Part shown: positions 36,901 through 49,109 of the stretch, one piece after another
Position numbering within the stretch: the stretch's first letter is position 1
Layout: each line of letters begins with the position of its first letter
Source of the DNA: Podarcis erhardii
Taxonomy: Eukaryota
NCBI GenBank assembly: GCA_964252035.1
Contig: OZ176210.1
Direction: 5' to 3' (one strand)
Length of the DNA stretch: 64,000 bases
Notes under the pieces: generated by a model
What the model was told of the DNA's origin: nothing
Seen by the model: the letters and a program-made list of their open reading frames with translations, nothing else
Database searches by the model: none
Translations under genes and position numbers: made by a program

Positions 36901-38777
36901 CTCACCATGTGACCTTTGATGTTAAGGTTTTTTAAAAAATAAATAAAATAAAAGTAAATACAATGTCCAATCTCAAAGAACAGTATTAGCCCTAACAAGG
37001 ACACTTGTTTATTCCAAAGCTTAAGGTTATGTTTTAATCTGTGCATTCTGTGAAAGACTCTTACTTTCATTGAAGTTTTATACACTTATTACATCTTGGA
37101 GGCAGAAAATAAATGAAGTAAAAAATAAATGGCATGCTAAATGGCATTAAAAAGGCTGCAGTCCCTATTCATAAAAGGTTGCGTTCGAAAAGTGATGGCT
37201 CCCTCTCAGCTTCAGACTGTTCGAAAGCAGAAGGGGTCAAAAAACCAGACATAGCTGGTGTGAAACCTGGGCTCCCAGCAAGCCTTTCCAAGCATGCTAA
37301 GTAAACACTTTCCAATGCCTCCACAAGACGCAGGTGCGCAAATTATTCTCGACACAGACAGAAGTCATGTTTTCAGTATCCCCTCGGCTGCTGTTAAACA
37401 ACAGCCTCACCTCAATCCCCCAGTATTTGTCAGCTCATAAAAAGTTTTATATGCTCAAGAAAAGTTCCTTTTTTCTTCTGCTAGTTCATTCACTCCTTGC
37501 TCTTGAATCATAACTCTCCATTACTGCTCCTTTTAAGCTGCACAGAAATGACGCGTATCTCCCTGCACCCCCAAGTATTGACACAAGACGGATTCCACTT
37601 GCACAATACAAAAAGACTGTAGCATCAAACTGTTGGAGACTATTCCGTCCACCCTGTTTTCCATCATGTATTCAACAATAGTATGAAAGTTAAGTTATGG
37701 GATCCTGTTGAAAGAAATAACAGCCCCTGAGAAAACATAGCAGCATGAATAGCCATGGTTCCCTTTTTAAGAAAGTAAATTCCCAAAGGGTTGTCTCCCC
37801 ATACACACATATTTTTGCTCATTAATTTGCACACCTGCCCTAGAACTCCTCATGACCCACACTAATGGTGTGCTTTATATATTCCTCATTAACTTGTACA
37901 CCTGTCTCAAATTGCGTCAGTGCATGGTTTGCTTGTGCAATACATTTTCTCAGGAAAACCACCATATTCTAACACATATGAGGGGGGAAAGAACCATTTT
38001 AATCCCTTCAGCAATATTATCAGCATATCCCTTATCAACATTTTTGTGAAGCTGCCAAAACAAAAAACGATTGTGGTTTTCAGCCAGATCTCAGTCAGCC
38101 CCTTCGCCCCACAAGTGGAATTCTGTAACTACAACAGATATTTTGTACCAAACAATAATTGATATGGTGTAAGGAAAGAATAAATAAACTTCCAGAATAA
38201 TTTCATGTTATGCTATATCAATAGAAAAGGCATGCAACTTAGGAAAACAATCATATAGGTCCCAAGAGATCAGAAATAGAATATGGAGTTATAGGTTGTT
38301 TCTATGGTTCATGACATATACAAATAAATGCACACACACACATATCTTAGGGTTGTTGCGAAATATTCTTACCCTAATTTAGCAACAAATGGAAATGGGT
38401 CCTTTTTTACAATTATCTGGGGACATACAATTTTTCAGGACAATTTTTCAAATACTTTCAAGGCGTTTACTCTTTTATCCCTTGCTGATGTCTGTATTTC
38501 TGGCAAGCAGAATGTCCTGGAATGATGCTATGCCTTGACATAGCATTGTTCTGAGTGAGGTTCAAGGCTTGGGGTAGGGAATGGTAGTTTTGTTTCCCCA
38601 AAAAGCCTCATTTGCAGGAAGCCTACTTTAGGTGTTAGCCAGCCACGCATCCTAAACCACCATTAGCTAACTCACAGAACTAGATTATACAACAACACAG
38701 TGTTCTTAAGCACCGTTCTCATGTGAGTGAGAGCATCATCTATAGACCATGTTTAGTTGTTTGGTACAAGGAATGAC

Positions 38778-39132
38778 GGGACGCAGGTGGCACTGTGGGT
38801 TAAACCACAGAGCCTAGGACTTGCTGATCAGAAGGTCGGTGGTTCGAATCCCCGCAATGGGGTGAGCTCCCGTTGCTCAGTCCCTGCTCCTGCCAACCTA
38901 GCAGTTCAAAAGCACCTCAAAGTGCAAGTAGATAAATAGGTACCGCTCCGGCGGGAAGGTAAACGGCATTTCCGTGCACTGCTCTGGTTTGGCAGAAGCG
39001 GCTTAGTCACGCTGGCCACATGACCTGGAAGCTGTACGCTGGCTCCCTCAGCCAATAAAGCGAGATGAGCGCCGCAACCCCAGAGTCGGGCACGACTGGA
39101 CCTAATGGTCAGGGGTCCCTTTACCTTTACCT
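38778..39132 (+). mobile_element. Sauria SINE, full length
   Basis: Perfect 13-bp TSD TACAAGGAATGAC at 38765-38777 and 39133-39145; B-box GGTTCGAATCC. Confidence 0.94.
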
Positions 39133-41304
39133 TACAAGGAATGACAAGATCAGGAAGTTAAGATCAAGAGAGACTTCAAAAACACTACCTACTGAAAACA
39201 CCCCAAAGTTCTGGTAAAACATTTCTTTTGGTTTTATCTGAGTTAGAATTGTTACTGGGGCAGGTTGAACCACTTAGAGAACAAACATGAGAGGAATTGT
39301 GTTAGGTCTTTGTACTCACTCCGCAGCTTCAAGCCTGAACCCAGATCATGTGGTACCTTCCTGAGTGGCATCCATTTGCCCAATGAGGCCAACTCGGAGG
39401 AAAGATCCAACTGGCTGTAATTAATGGTGTAATCATTGCAAGTTGATTCAGTAAAATAAATGCTAAAGCCCAACAATATGAATCATCCACATGTGGTCCT
39501 TGGCAAAGTAACAAACTGGCAGCTGTCAGGGATATGAAGGAGAGGGCCCAATGGAACTTGGTTACTAAACCAATTCATCTCTATGGCACAGGGTCATAGC
39601 CTATCTTCTAGAAGCCTCAATCTTGCTGACAATAAATGTTTGAGAAAATTGCATGATGTTTTTGCTACTCAGGAATGATTACTACTGAATTCTTACTATA
39701 GTGTTAGTTACCTACCAGGTAATCCAACCAGGTAAAACTAACTAGTTTTAGCCCCACCCTCCCTTCAACACAGAGGCTAAGGAGGAGGAAGCTGATAGGT
39801 TGTGAGACAGAAGTGGGCATGTGGGGGCTGGCTAGAGAGAGGCTGCGGTTGGTGGGGCAGTCCCTCATTTGCCCTAACAGACCAGCCCACACTGGAAATT
39901 ATAGTCTCTGCACAACTGGCTTGCAGATGCAATAATTTGTTATGACTTGGGTAGAGGCCAGGAATCAATAATTAGCTTTGAGAATGGGATTCAGGGATTT
40001 CACGGAAATGGGGGAACTGGTAAGAGTCAAGAGTCTACTTTTGTTTGGCTGAGAGCTCCAAATAAATTACTTTCTGATGTAATTTTCAGCATTCTTTCAG
40101 TGAACTTGGTCTACCCACACATGTTCATTATGACACTATGTACAGCCAAGAGTGAGTGTGAAGTTCATAAAACAACAACTGGAAAAGAGTACTCTGTAAA
40201 GCTTATAGAAGTGCCCTACTGGTTGGAAAGAGTATATAAAGAGTAGTAAGGTAGAATTACATACAGTAAGCCTGCAACTTAGGTGCATTTAACGTGTGTG
40301 CATTCAGCTTTATGCACGTGTCAAAAAAAAAAGAAAAAAAAGAAATTTAAATGGAGGCAGAAAAGGGGTGTGGTTCTGGGGGAAATGACTTTGGTAATCC
40401 CACTGAACTTCGAAAAATGAAACATGACTTTGGCCATTGAACCCAATTATTAGCTTTAGGCATGATCCCCGGAATGTATCCCCCACATAAATTGCGGGCT
40501 TACTGTATGAAAAATTATATAAGACATGATATCCAATAAGCTTTCATTGCTATTTTCTCCAATAATGTTTCTATCTGACTTCAAAACATAATTATCATTG
40601 ATGATGTTAAAAAATCCCACAACGTCTCCTGTCAGATCTCTTTTCAGTTGACACATTGGCCTCTTAACACAAAAGAAATCATATAACTTATTAATGACAG
40701 TTGATATCTCTGTTCTGGATACCCACAAGATTAAAGCTGCATAGACAGTGCCCTCAGCTAAAACAGAACAGAACAGAAGAAAACAAATGTTTGTTCTGAT
40801 TACAACCTGGCAATTTCACACAATACCATTTTCTTTCCCCAAATTTGATAGCACCCTTTGGCGTAAGCAAAGAAAAAAGAACCCACGCCTTGTTTAGCTG
40901 ATAGCACTGCAGATGCCATTGTTAATAGCTACAGACTAATGGAATGTTAACACGCTCCAATGCCACACTCAGGAGTAGTAATGCATGGAGTGGAAGCTAT
41001 GAAATTAAAATGCCTTGTTCCACAAATAATGGAAGTCAATTCAATGATTTGCTAGTATCAGATAGGAAGCTCTCATATATTATTGCTACATCCACAACTG
41101 ATGATTTGCACATTTATATTGCCAATAGCTATTACCAATACCTCATTTCAAAAATATCAACTACTGTATCTCTAACATACAGAAGTGTAAGATAGTTTCA
41201 TGCTCCAGACATAAAAGACACATCTTCCAGCACATTTTAAAACTACTTGCTATGGCCAAAGGTCCATCAGGTTGGGCATATGGCCCTGAGAAGCAAAGTC
41301 TTAC

Positions 41305-43356
41305 CTGTATCATTGCCAGAGATAGCAACAACAAACACTTTTATGTCAGGCCTGCTTTCCACTCCTACGTCAGCATCTGAAGTAGAAGGAGGCTCTTCCT
41401 GAGACTCTAAAACCTCAGAGGGTGGTCCTGTAGGCTGTGCAACCGCAGTCACACTCGATGATGTAAAATATTCTGTATCAATCTCTGGCTCTGCCGTCTT
41501 GCCTGTAAAATCATCATCAGTAGTAGTTTTAATGGGAGAAACAGATTCCTCAATTATTACCATGTCTTTACTCGTATCCTCATCAGGTTCACTGTAAATT
41601 AAGGGTGGCTGTGTTTTGGTAATTAAAGGCTTGGATGGCGAAGTGGTCAGGGTCTTGTCTACTGGAGCAATGGTAGCTGTGGCTATGCCACTTACCACCG
41701 TCGGTTTACTTGTCACAATAGCCGAGAATAAAACTGGCTCCGTTCCTACGGCCTCTTCTGTCGTTCCTGAACCTTCTGGGCTATGAGTTGTAAGAGTCTC
41801 CACATGAGGTAATTTTTCAGTGACAGGAGCAGTAGCTTTAGTAGGAAAGGGACCTGAAAATCTGGTTGTGGGTACATCCTTTTCACTTTCTGTGCTTGCC
41901 TTTCTGGCGGGAACACACGTCGTTTTTAGTTTGTGTTCCGTGACAGCATCCATTCCAGGAGACAGTTCAGGTTTTGTGGCTGTTTCATAAACTGTTATTT
42001 TGACACCTGGGCCCAAAGCCTCAGTAGTTGCATATTTTCCTTCATATGCGGATCCTTCAGCAGTTAAGTCACTTTCAGGTGTCAAAAGCAATGTTGAAAT
42101 CACTGCAGTAGTGTCTGGGACAGTAGCCAGTTTTTCCACAGCTTGATCTCTAGCATCAGGTTCCTCCTGAATAGCTGCTGTAGCCTCTGTTTTCGCACCT
42201 CTGACGCCTGTATAAATAGTAACAGTGACCACATCTTTAGCAATTTTATCTACTGGGGTTTCAGAAATGAGGGAAATGCCAGGTTCTTCCTTTGCTGTTG
42301 CAGAAGGAGTTACAATCTTTGTAAATATAATTGATTCTGTGCCTGATATGCCTGTTGAGGAAATAGTAGTGATTTGTCTGGGAATTCCTAAGTCTGGCTG
42401 ATGCTCAGCAGAACTCCCTTCAGAAGTCCAATCATATTTCTGATCGTCTGTTCCTGCAGTTTTTTCTTGTTGCATCTCTGGAGTAGGTGTTACTGTATCA
42501 CGGTGCCTTGGCATGTCCTCTCTTTCAGCTTTGGGGAAAACCCCTGCCACTGTATCATTCACTTCTGTTGCAATGGTTGTGGTCTTTGGAAACTCCATAG
42601 AGCCTAACTCAGAGCTAAATGATGTTTCATAGCTCTTTGTATATCCGGTAGTTAGTGGTATTTTGCTTTCAGATGAACTGACTATTACACGTGGTGTAGC
42701 TGTAGCATTCTCAGGTGAGAAGGTCTTTGACACTTTGACTACATCTGATTCTGAAACAGTGCTAGAGGCAACTGGCCTGTCATCGGGTGAAATATTGCCA
42801 TTGTTATCATCTTTTGTAGGTTCATGATGATCAGGGAGCAGTTCTTTGGGGATGACAACAGTTGTCAGTTTTACGTCGCTTTTTGCTTCCATCGATTTTT
42901 TTGTAGGCTGGATGCCGGGATGTGTTTCTTCCTTTGTTAATGTAACAGAAGTTTTTGTTTCTACAGATTCACTCAAGTTATTTCTCAGTAGAACGTCTAG
43001 AGAAGTTATTATTGGTCCCACCTCTATTTGTTCAGTCTGACTTTCAGAGCTCTTCTCACTGAGGTCAGATACAACTTGTGTGGGTGTGATCCCTACTAGG
43101 TCACTCGGTGCAGTATCTGTTTCTGTCACTTCTGATGAATCAGAAAAGTCTGTAACAGTCTGAGGTAGAACAGTGGATAAATGAACAATCTGCTTAGGTA
43201 CCTTCTCTTCCAGTTTTGCCTTAGGCATTCCTTGTGTGACCAAAGAGATATGAGGATCAAGATTAGTTTTAGAAGCGATTTGTTCAGTTAATAAATTGGA
43301 AGATCCGCTTTCCAAAGGTATATTCGGTTCAACAGTTTCAGAATCATTCGGCTTAG
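41305..43356 (-). CDS. VCAN: VCAN exon 7 (2052 nt, 684 codons), GAG-alpha chondroitin sulfate attachment domain
   Basis: Inside ORF 41267..43390. Acceptor ttttttttatag|CT, donor ACAG|gtaaga; phase 1-1 symmetric, as expected for a skippable exon. Ser/Thr/Glu/Pro-rich with versican motifs VLPQTVTD, QTEQIEVGP, EPEIDTEYFTSS. Confidence 0.96.
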
Positions 43357-46300
43357 CTATAAAAAAAAAGACAATTAAAATGAATGTCATGCTTACTACA
43401 ATATCTTAAATGTAAGAAGCATTTTTAATAAATTAATTCTGAACAAGCATCCTTTATTTCTGCTGTATCTTTACTATATGCCAGTTGCTCCCAGAATGTA
43501 GTTGCTGAGCATCTTGACCAGAAAGCAGCTGTAATTAAGCTAATTTAGTCCCATGTACTTCTAGAGTAAAGCAATTCAATCCAATGTAGTTTAAATGAAT
43601 TGTGAACTCCCACTAGTCCATAGCAATGACTTAAAAGTCTTGTATGTAGCAGTTTTCGGCTTATGGTAATTCGGTGATATGGAACTACTCTCACACAGAT
43701 TCAAACTTTTTTCACGCTACTTCAAATGGGAATTTGCCCCTCCATGTTAAAATAAAAGCCTGAATTGGTTTGAATGGCTGATCATATGCTACATTGTTAG
43801 AGTTTGTAGACCTGGGTTCAATTCTGCTTAGCCACAAAGCTTGCCAGATGGCCTTGGATCGATATTTACTCTTCCAGCCCAACAGCTGCTAAAAGCAGTG
43901 TTGATGTTGTTTTTGGTAAAATAAAATGAGGCGACGCTGCTGCTCTTATGTTGATAAAAGTACTGCGTGTACCAGCACAAAATGGTGGTCAAGGCATCAA
44001 CAACAATGATCTGAAGGTACTCCATACCAATGGGTACTGTCACAAAGAAAGCACTAGCTATAAGAACAAAACTGGATAAACCTATGTATGTTTCCCTGGG
44101 TTCCTTAGAAGTTGGGCAGGGTATACATGTGCTAAATAAATATGCAAAGGAATTTAAGTGGCTGCCCCATGGTCCACTGATCTGTGAAATGGCTCTCATT
44201 TTTGCTGACCTGAAGTTATTGTATTCCAGCTGCCTCCACTATCACATCTGAATTCAAACACTTTCTGCTTTAGTCATTTGTATTATATAGTGCAGTTCTC
44301 AAAGTAAGGTGGGATACAATTCCTAATTTGTATAGGCATTATACCTTTATTTTAATTCCTAAACTATAGGCATGCCTATTTGTATAGGCACCTATATTTT
44401 ATGCATTATACCCTTTTTAAGCTTTAAAAAAGAGAGAGTAAAAATGTCAGATTCCACTTAGACACAACAAATAAAAGCCTCGGCACTTATTCCACTGTTT
44501 AAATTTCAACTAATATTTCCAGAAAATATTCACTCAGCACAGTTCATCTACAATCTGGTTTCTCTCTAGTGGCAGCAATATTTTAATACAGGATTATTGC
44601 ACCATCATTGAATGTTGCTTAATTAACAGCACAGTTCAGAAGATGCAAGCTTTAAATTTCTAAACTTAACTTTTTAAAAAGAGAGAGAGAGAGAGAGAAG
44701 GGATGAATGAATGGATGTTAAAGCTGTTCCGTCTCAAAGAAGATATTCTCTGCATTTCATCTGCCTTTTGCTTAAAAGAAGATGACCTGCCCAGAGAAGG
44801 GTGTTTCCTTTCTAAAAGGCTCTGCTCCAGCTTTAACAGACTCCCTCGCTGTACAGATGTTTTGCATTACTAAACTCCAAGAATCATATGTTCAATGGGA
44901 TATCTTCTTTGTGCTCCTTCTAATGCAAGACATGAGGCAGTTTTTCCTAATAAAATATCCACATCTAATACAGCAAGAAAGCAAATTATCTCACCGACAG
45001 CTGCTTACATCAAAGTCTATCCTGAGTTCTTTTTTAAAAAGAAAATAGTGTTCTTTTACATTATGCACAACCTGAATGAAGCTAAGCAATTGGAAGAGGT
45101 TTCTATGCTTAAAAAAAAATTCCGCATATTTCCTTTGTTTTTATATTAAAACAAACTTGTTCTTCATTGGATAACTTTTTTAAAAAGTTGGAGAATCATT
45201 AAATATTGGATCACAGAATGGTGTAGTAACACACTTGCTTCCAGGTTGCTTACTGTGCAGTGCAGTGATTCTGAATTAAGCTAAATAACATTTACCAAAA
45301 AGGAACAGATAAAATTGGGAGATAAGAGGAGCTGCTGCTTTAAAAGGGTCTCCATGATGCCTGTTATCTTTGTATGCAGTCATATGCATGGGAAATCAGT
45401 GGTCTGAGAAAATGGCCTAATTCCCAAAGCAAGCTACTGCACAGTAATTGCTCCCTGTCATAACACTGTGCCCTTTTTAAAAGTACAGCAATCCAGAGTG
45501 AGAATTGACATCCTCTTCTTCCCTCTGCAAACCCATGTAAAGATGGGACACTGAACAGTGTGAAATTATACCTCAGAATATACCAACCAAAAGGTTCAAG
45601 ATGTGGAGCACATATTGATTCGGAACCCCCAAGCATGTTGGGCCACTTGTATGACCTAGAGCCACAATTATTGTGGTTGTTAAATTACACGCCCTTCACT
45701 ACCAGGTCTCAGGGCAGATTATAGAGCATGGAGTACCATGGTCAAGTCATTTCTGTCCAAAAGGGCCCATAGTTGGCTAATCATCAGGAGCTGGAAACAG
45801 GCACCCAGTCACCAAGGCCACCTGGGTTTCAAATAACAATGTTGGATCCATGGGTACCCCAAGCTATGAACCTGTACCAACTGAAACAGGCTGCCTTACC
45901 ACCTCCTGGACTCAAGAACTTGGAACACATAGAACTTCTTTCTGGCCCAAATCCAGCCCATCGCTGCCTCCAAACATATTTCTAGCATCTCAGCCACATC
46001 TCCTGATTCAGATAGACATACTGGTGACACTTCATCCCAATCAGTGACTGATCATTGTACTTTACTGAAAACTGAGGGAGGAAGAAATAGCAGCATTCCT
46101 CCTTTTCTCATATTTCCCTCAGCTTTTCATTCTTGGTGGCTTTAGGGCCTGGCCTAGGGTTACCCAGATGACTATTAGAGAAGCACTGCGGGCTGGATCT
46201 TTTCCATCCTCTCGCCACACTACATTTTATACGTATGAGCACAATGGCTATGTGCATTTAATGGCGAATTGTGGTTTATCGTTATGAGAACAAGTCTAGA

Positions 46301-47071
46301 TAAGTCTTGGGCTTCTGCACTCCTCCCTCATCCTCTGGGATAGCCACAAGAAGATTGGAAAGTGTTTGCTTCCATTTTCAATTAACCACAATTCAGCGTT
46401 ATGGTCTGACCCCAAAGTGTATGCTTAACATTAACCATGGTTTGTTGACACAAGCCAGGTATGTACACTGAGGTTTGATGTTGGCTTGTTTGAGTGAAGC
46501 ATAACTAAGGCTTACTGCAGTTTGCATGGATTTGGATGTAACACTGGTCAGTCAAAATCAGAAGAGAACGCTTCTGATCGCCTCCTCACAGCTGGTCTGG
46601 AGGGGTGGAGGGTGCAATCCTGACAGAGTTCCAGCTGAATCATGCTTCTCAGTAACACAAACGTCCCAAGAATTTCAATTACTTATTTGGCTATGTGTGC
46701 CTAAAAAGTGTTTTTTTTTAAAAAAAAAAAGTAGAGCAACTACAATCATTAATGATGTCCATAACTAGGCCCACATACTTAAAGGACCAGGATACTTGGG
46801 ATGATCTTCTACATGTGGTAAACCAAGACCAGCCCAGGATATTTTGCTACTTCAGGCAAAAAAAGAAAATGTCTCCCCCTGCCATAGCAATCTTTTCTGT
46901 CCCTGTTCTCCTCCTCTGACATCAGCCACTCCTCCTCCTCTGCACCCATCCACCAACATGGCTGGGCACAGAGGTAGTGGTGGCAGTGGCAAGTAGCCAC
47001 AGAGGTGGCATCCATGGTAGCAAAGAGGGTGGCCAGGAGTGGAGGAAGCAGCTAAGGTAGAAGGCGGGTAC

Positions 47072-47116
47072 GGAGGAGGAGGAGGAGGAGGAGGAGGAGG
47101 AGGAGGAGGAGGAGGA
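47072..47116. repeat. (GGA)15 microsatellite
   Basis: Direct reading; lies inside a GC-rich probable repeat element at about 46825-47186. Confidence 0.96.
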
Positions 47117-47387
47117 CGCAGTGAGTGGTAGCAGAGAAGGTCAGATCTGCCGCCTGACGCAACTGCCTCACCTTGCCTCATGGACAAGCAGGCCTTGCAC
47201 TAGCCCCTTGTCTGCAAATTCAGAAGTTCAGGACTGATATTTCTTTGGGTTCCACCACCATATGAGGTTAGATTAACTACAAAAATAGAGGTTTTTCCTG
47301 TGGTTAACTGAATCTTTAAATTCCTTCCCTAGGAAAAAATACCAGGCCTGTTTCATTGTGACTTTTAAGAGATCTGTGAAGATTCTG

Positions 47388-47527
47388 AAACATTGGAAGC
47401 TGCAAACAGGCCATTGCTCAATCTAGCTCAGCACTGCCTTGCATTGAATGACATCAGCCCTCCTGGTTTTCAGAAAGGAGTTTATCTTGAGATGCTGGAA
47501 GTTGAACCTGAGACCTTTTGTATGTGA
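47388..47527 (-). mobile_element. tRNA-derived squamate SINE (Squam3-like), degraded
   Basis: Reverse-complement similarity to the 11898 and 48932 copies (ggaagctgc...atctagctcag...gttgaacctgagacc). Confidence 0.55.
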
Positions 47528-48517
47528 GGACTGGTTGTGGATGCTTTTTAATCCATCAGGTTTGTAGAGGGATTATTTGTTTCTGTTTTATTATGAGATG
47601 GACTGTCCACTGCATTTTCTATTGTGTTGGCAGTCATGGCTGAAAAGCAGCATTAAAGCCCCTAAGTAAAAGAAGGAAAAAAGGAAAAAAAAGAAAGCAA
47701 ACTGCTTTGGTTTTGTACACTTTGGCCAAAGCTTACAAAGCAATGGACAGACTGTGGTTGACTTCATTAGGGTTAGGTCTTAAGAAAGAGGAGGGAAATT
47801 TTCCAAAATACTCTTATGTCTGACCACAAAACCAGGATCCATTAGGAACAAATTGTTTTTGGCTAAAGTTGTGTTTTACTTTACTATAGCTAAGAAGAAT
47901 CAGAATTCATTATAAGTCCCTCTTCACATTTTTCTTCAATGCTTCCTCTCCCAGCAAAGACTTTTTAATACACAAAAGGCCTTTTAAATAACAGTCCAGA
48001 TTCAACATAAACATTACTAAGATTGTGCCCTACTGATGAGGGCAACAGAGGAAACTTTAGAAACTGAAATTATCCAACTGTCCCCAAAATCTGAATTAAG
48101 CCTTCTTGGTTGTACCCCCGCCCCAGCTATGGAGCTCCTTGTCCAACAAGCTTAATTTGGACACCCTCCTCCTAGCCTTCAGGCAGCAGACAACTCTGCC
48201 CATAACATCTCATATTGTATGCTTTGATTTTGTGTGTGGTGTTTTATTGCATTGTTTTAAATGTTCTCTCTTTCTTTACCTTCTAGCTTTTTTGCTTAGC
48301 ACGCAACTATCATGTAGTTTTAGGGGGCAAAGAAGATGTGCTCATCATTCAGTTTTATATTGTATTTTAGTGCGTATGATTTTGTTCTCTAGACTAATTA
48401 GAGAACAATATCATACACATTAAAAATACAATAAAATACAGAGAAACGTAAAATGTGCATGAGCACAATGGTTCAGAAAGCCTTACAGCTGAGTGCTATA
48501 TTAATTTAATAAATAAG

Positions 48518-48518
48518 C

Positions 48519-48553
<35 letters not shown>
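48518..48553. repeat. Compound (TA)n(CA)n microsatellite abutting a MITE
   Basis: Direct reading. Confidence 0.93.
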
Positions 48554-48555
<2 letters not shown>

Positions 48556-48779
48556 GTGGTACCTCGGGTTAAGTGCTTAATTCGTTCCGGAGGTCTGTAC
48601 TTAACCTGAAACTGTTCTTAACCTGAAGCATCATTTTAGCTAATGGGGCCTCCTGCTGCTGCTGCGCCACCGGAGCACGATTTCTGTTCTCATCCTGAAG
48701 CAAAGTTCTTAACCCGAGGTACTATTTCTGGGTTAGCGGAGTCTGTAACCTGAAGCGTATGTAACCCGAGGTACCACTG
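48554..48779. mobile_element. Tigger/pogo-like MITE
   Basis: TIRs CAGTGGTACCTCGGGTTA / TAACCCGAGGTACCACTG; TA at 48780-48781. Confidence 0.9.
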
Positions 48780-48781
48780 TA

Positions 48782-48872
48782 ATTGATTGTGATTCTATGT
48801 AAACTGTGTTACTTTTACTGTTGTTAGCCGCTCTGAGCCTGGTTTTGGCTGGGGAGGACGGGATAAAAATAA

Positions 48873-48920
<48 letters not shown>
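48782..48920 (+). mobile_element. L2-type 3-prime UTR tail ending in (ATT)n
   Basis: ttagccgctctgagcc...gggataaaaataa followed by (ATT)16 at 48873-48920. Confidence 0.5.
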
Positions 48921-48931
48921 GGTGTTTACTT

Positions 48932-49109
48932 GGAAGTTCAGTGGTACAGCAGCTGCTTTGCATGCAAAGGTTCTGGTTCAGTCTCTGGCATCTCCAGGTG
49001 GGGTTGGAGAAGCACCTGCATGGAACTCTAAGGAGCTACTGCCAGTATAAATAGTAGAAAGATGAATGATTTGACAATACAAACAGTACAAGGCAGCTTC
49101 TAATGTTCT
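48932..49109 (+). mobile_element. tRNA-derived squamate SINE (Squam3-like)
   Basis: TCAGTGGTACAGCAGCTGCTTTGCATGCAAAGG head; AAGGCAGCTTCTAATGTTCT tail. Confidence 0.6.

Noticed and set aside
46852-49054. ORFs with poly-Pro (46852..47187) and poly-Tyr (48806..49054)
   Set aside because: Translations of (GGA)n and (ATT)n microsatellites.
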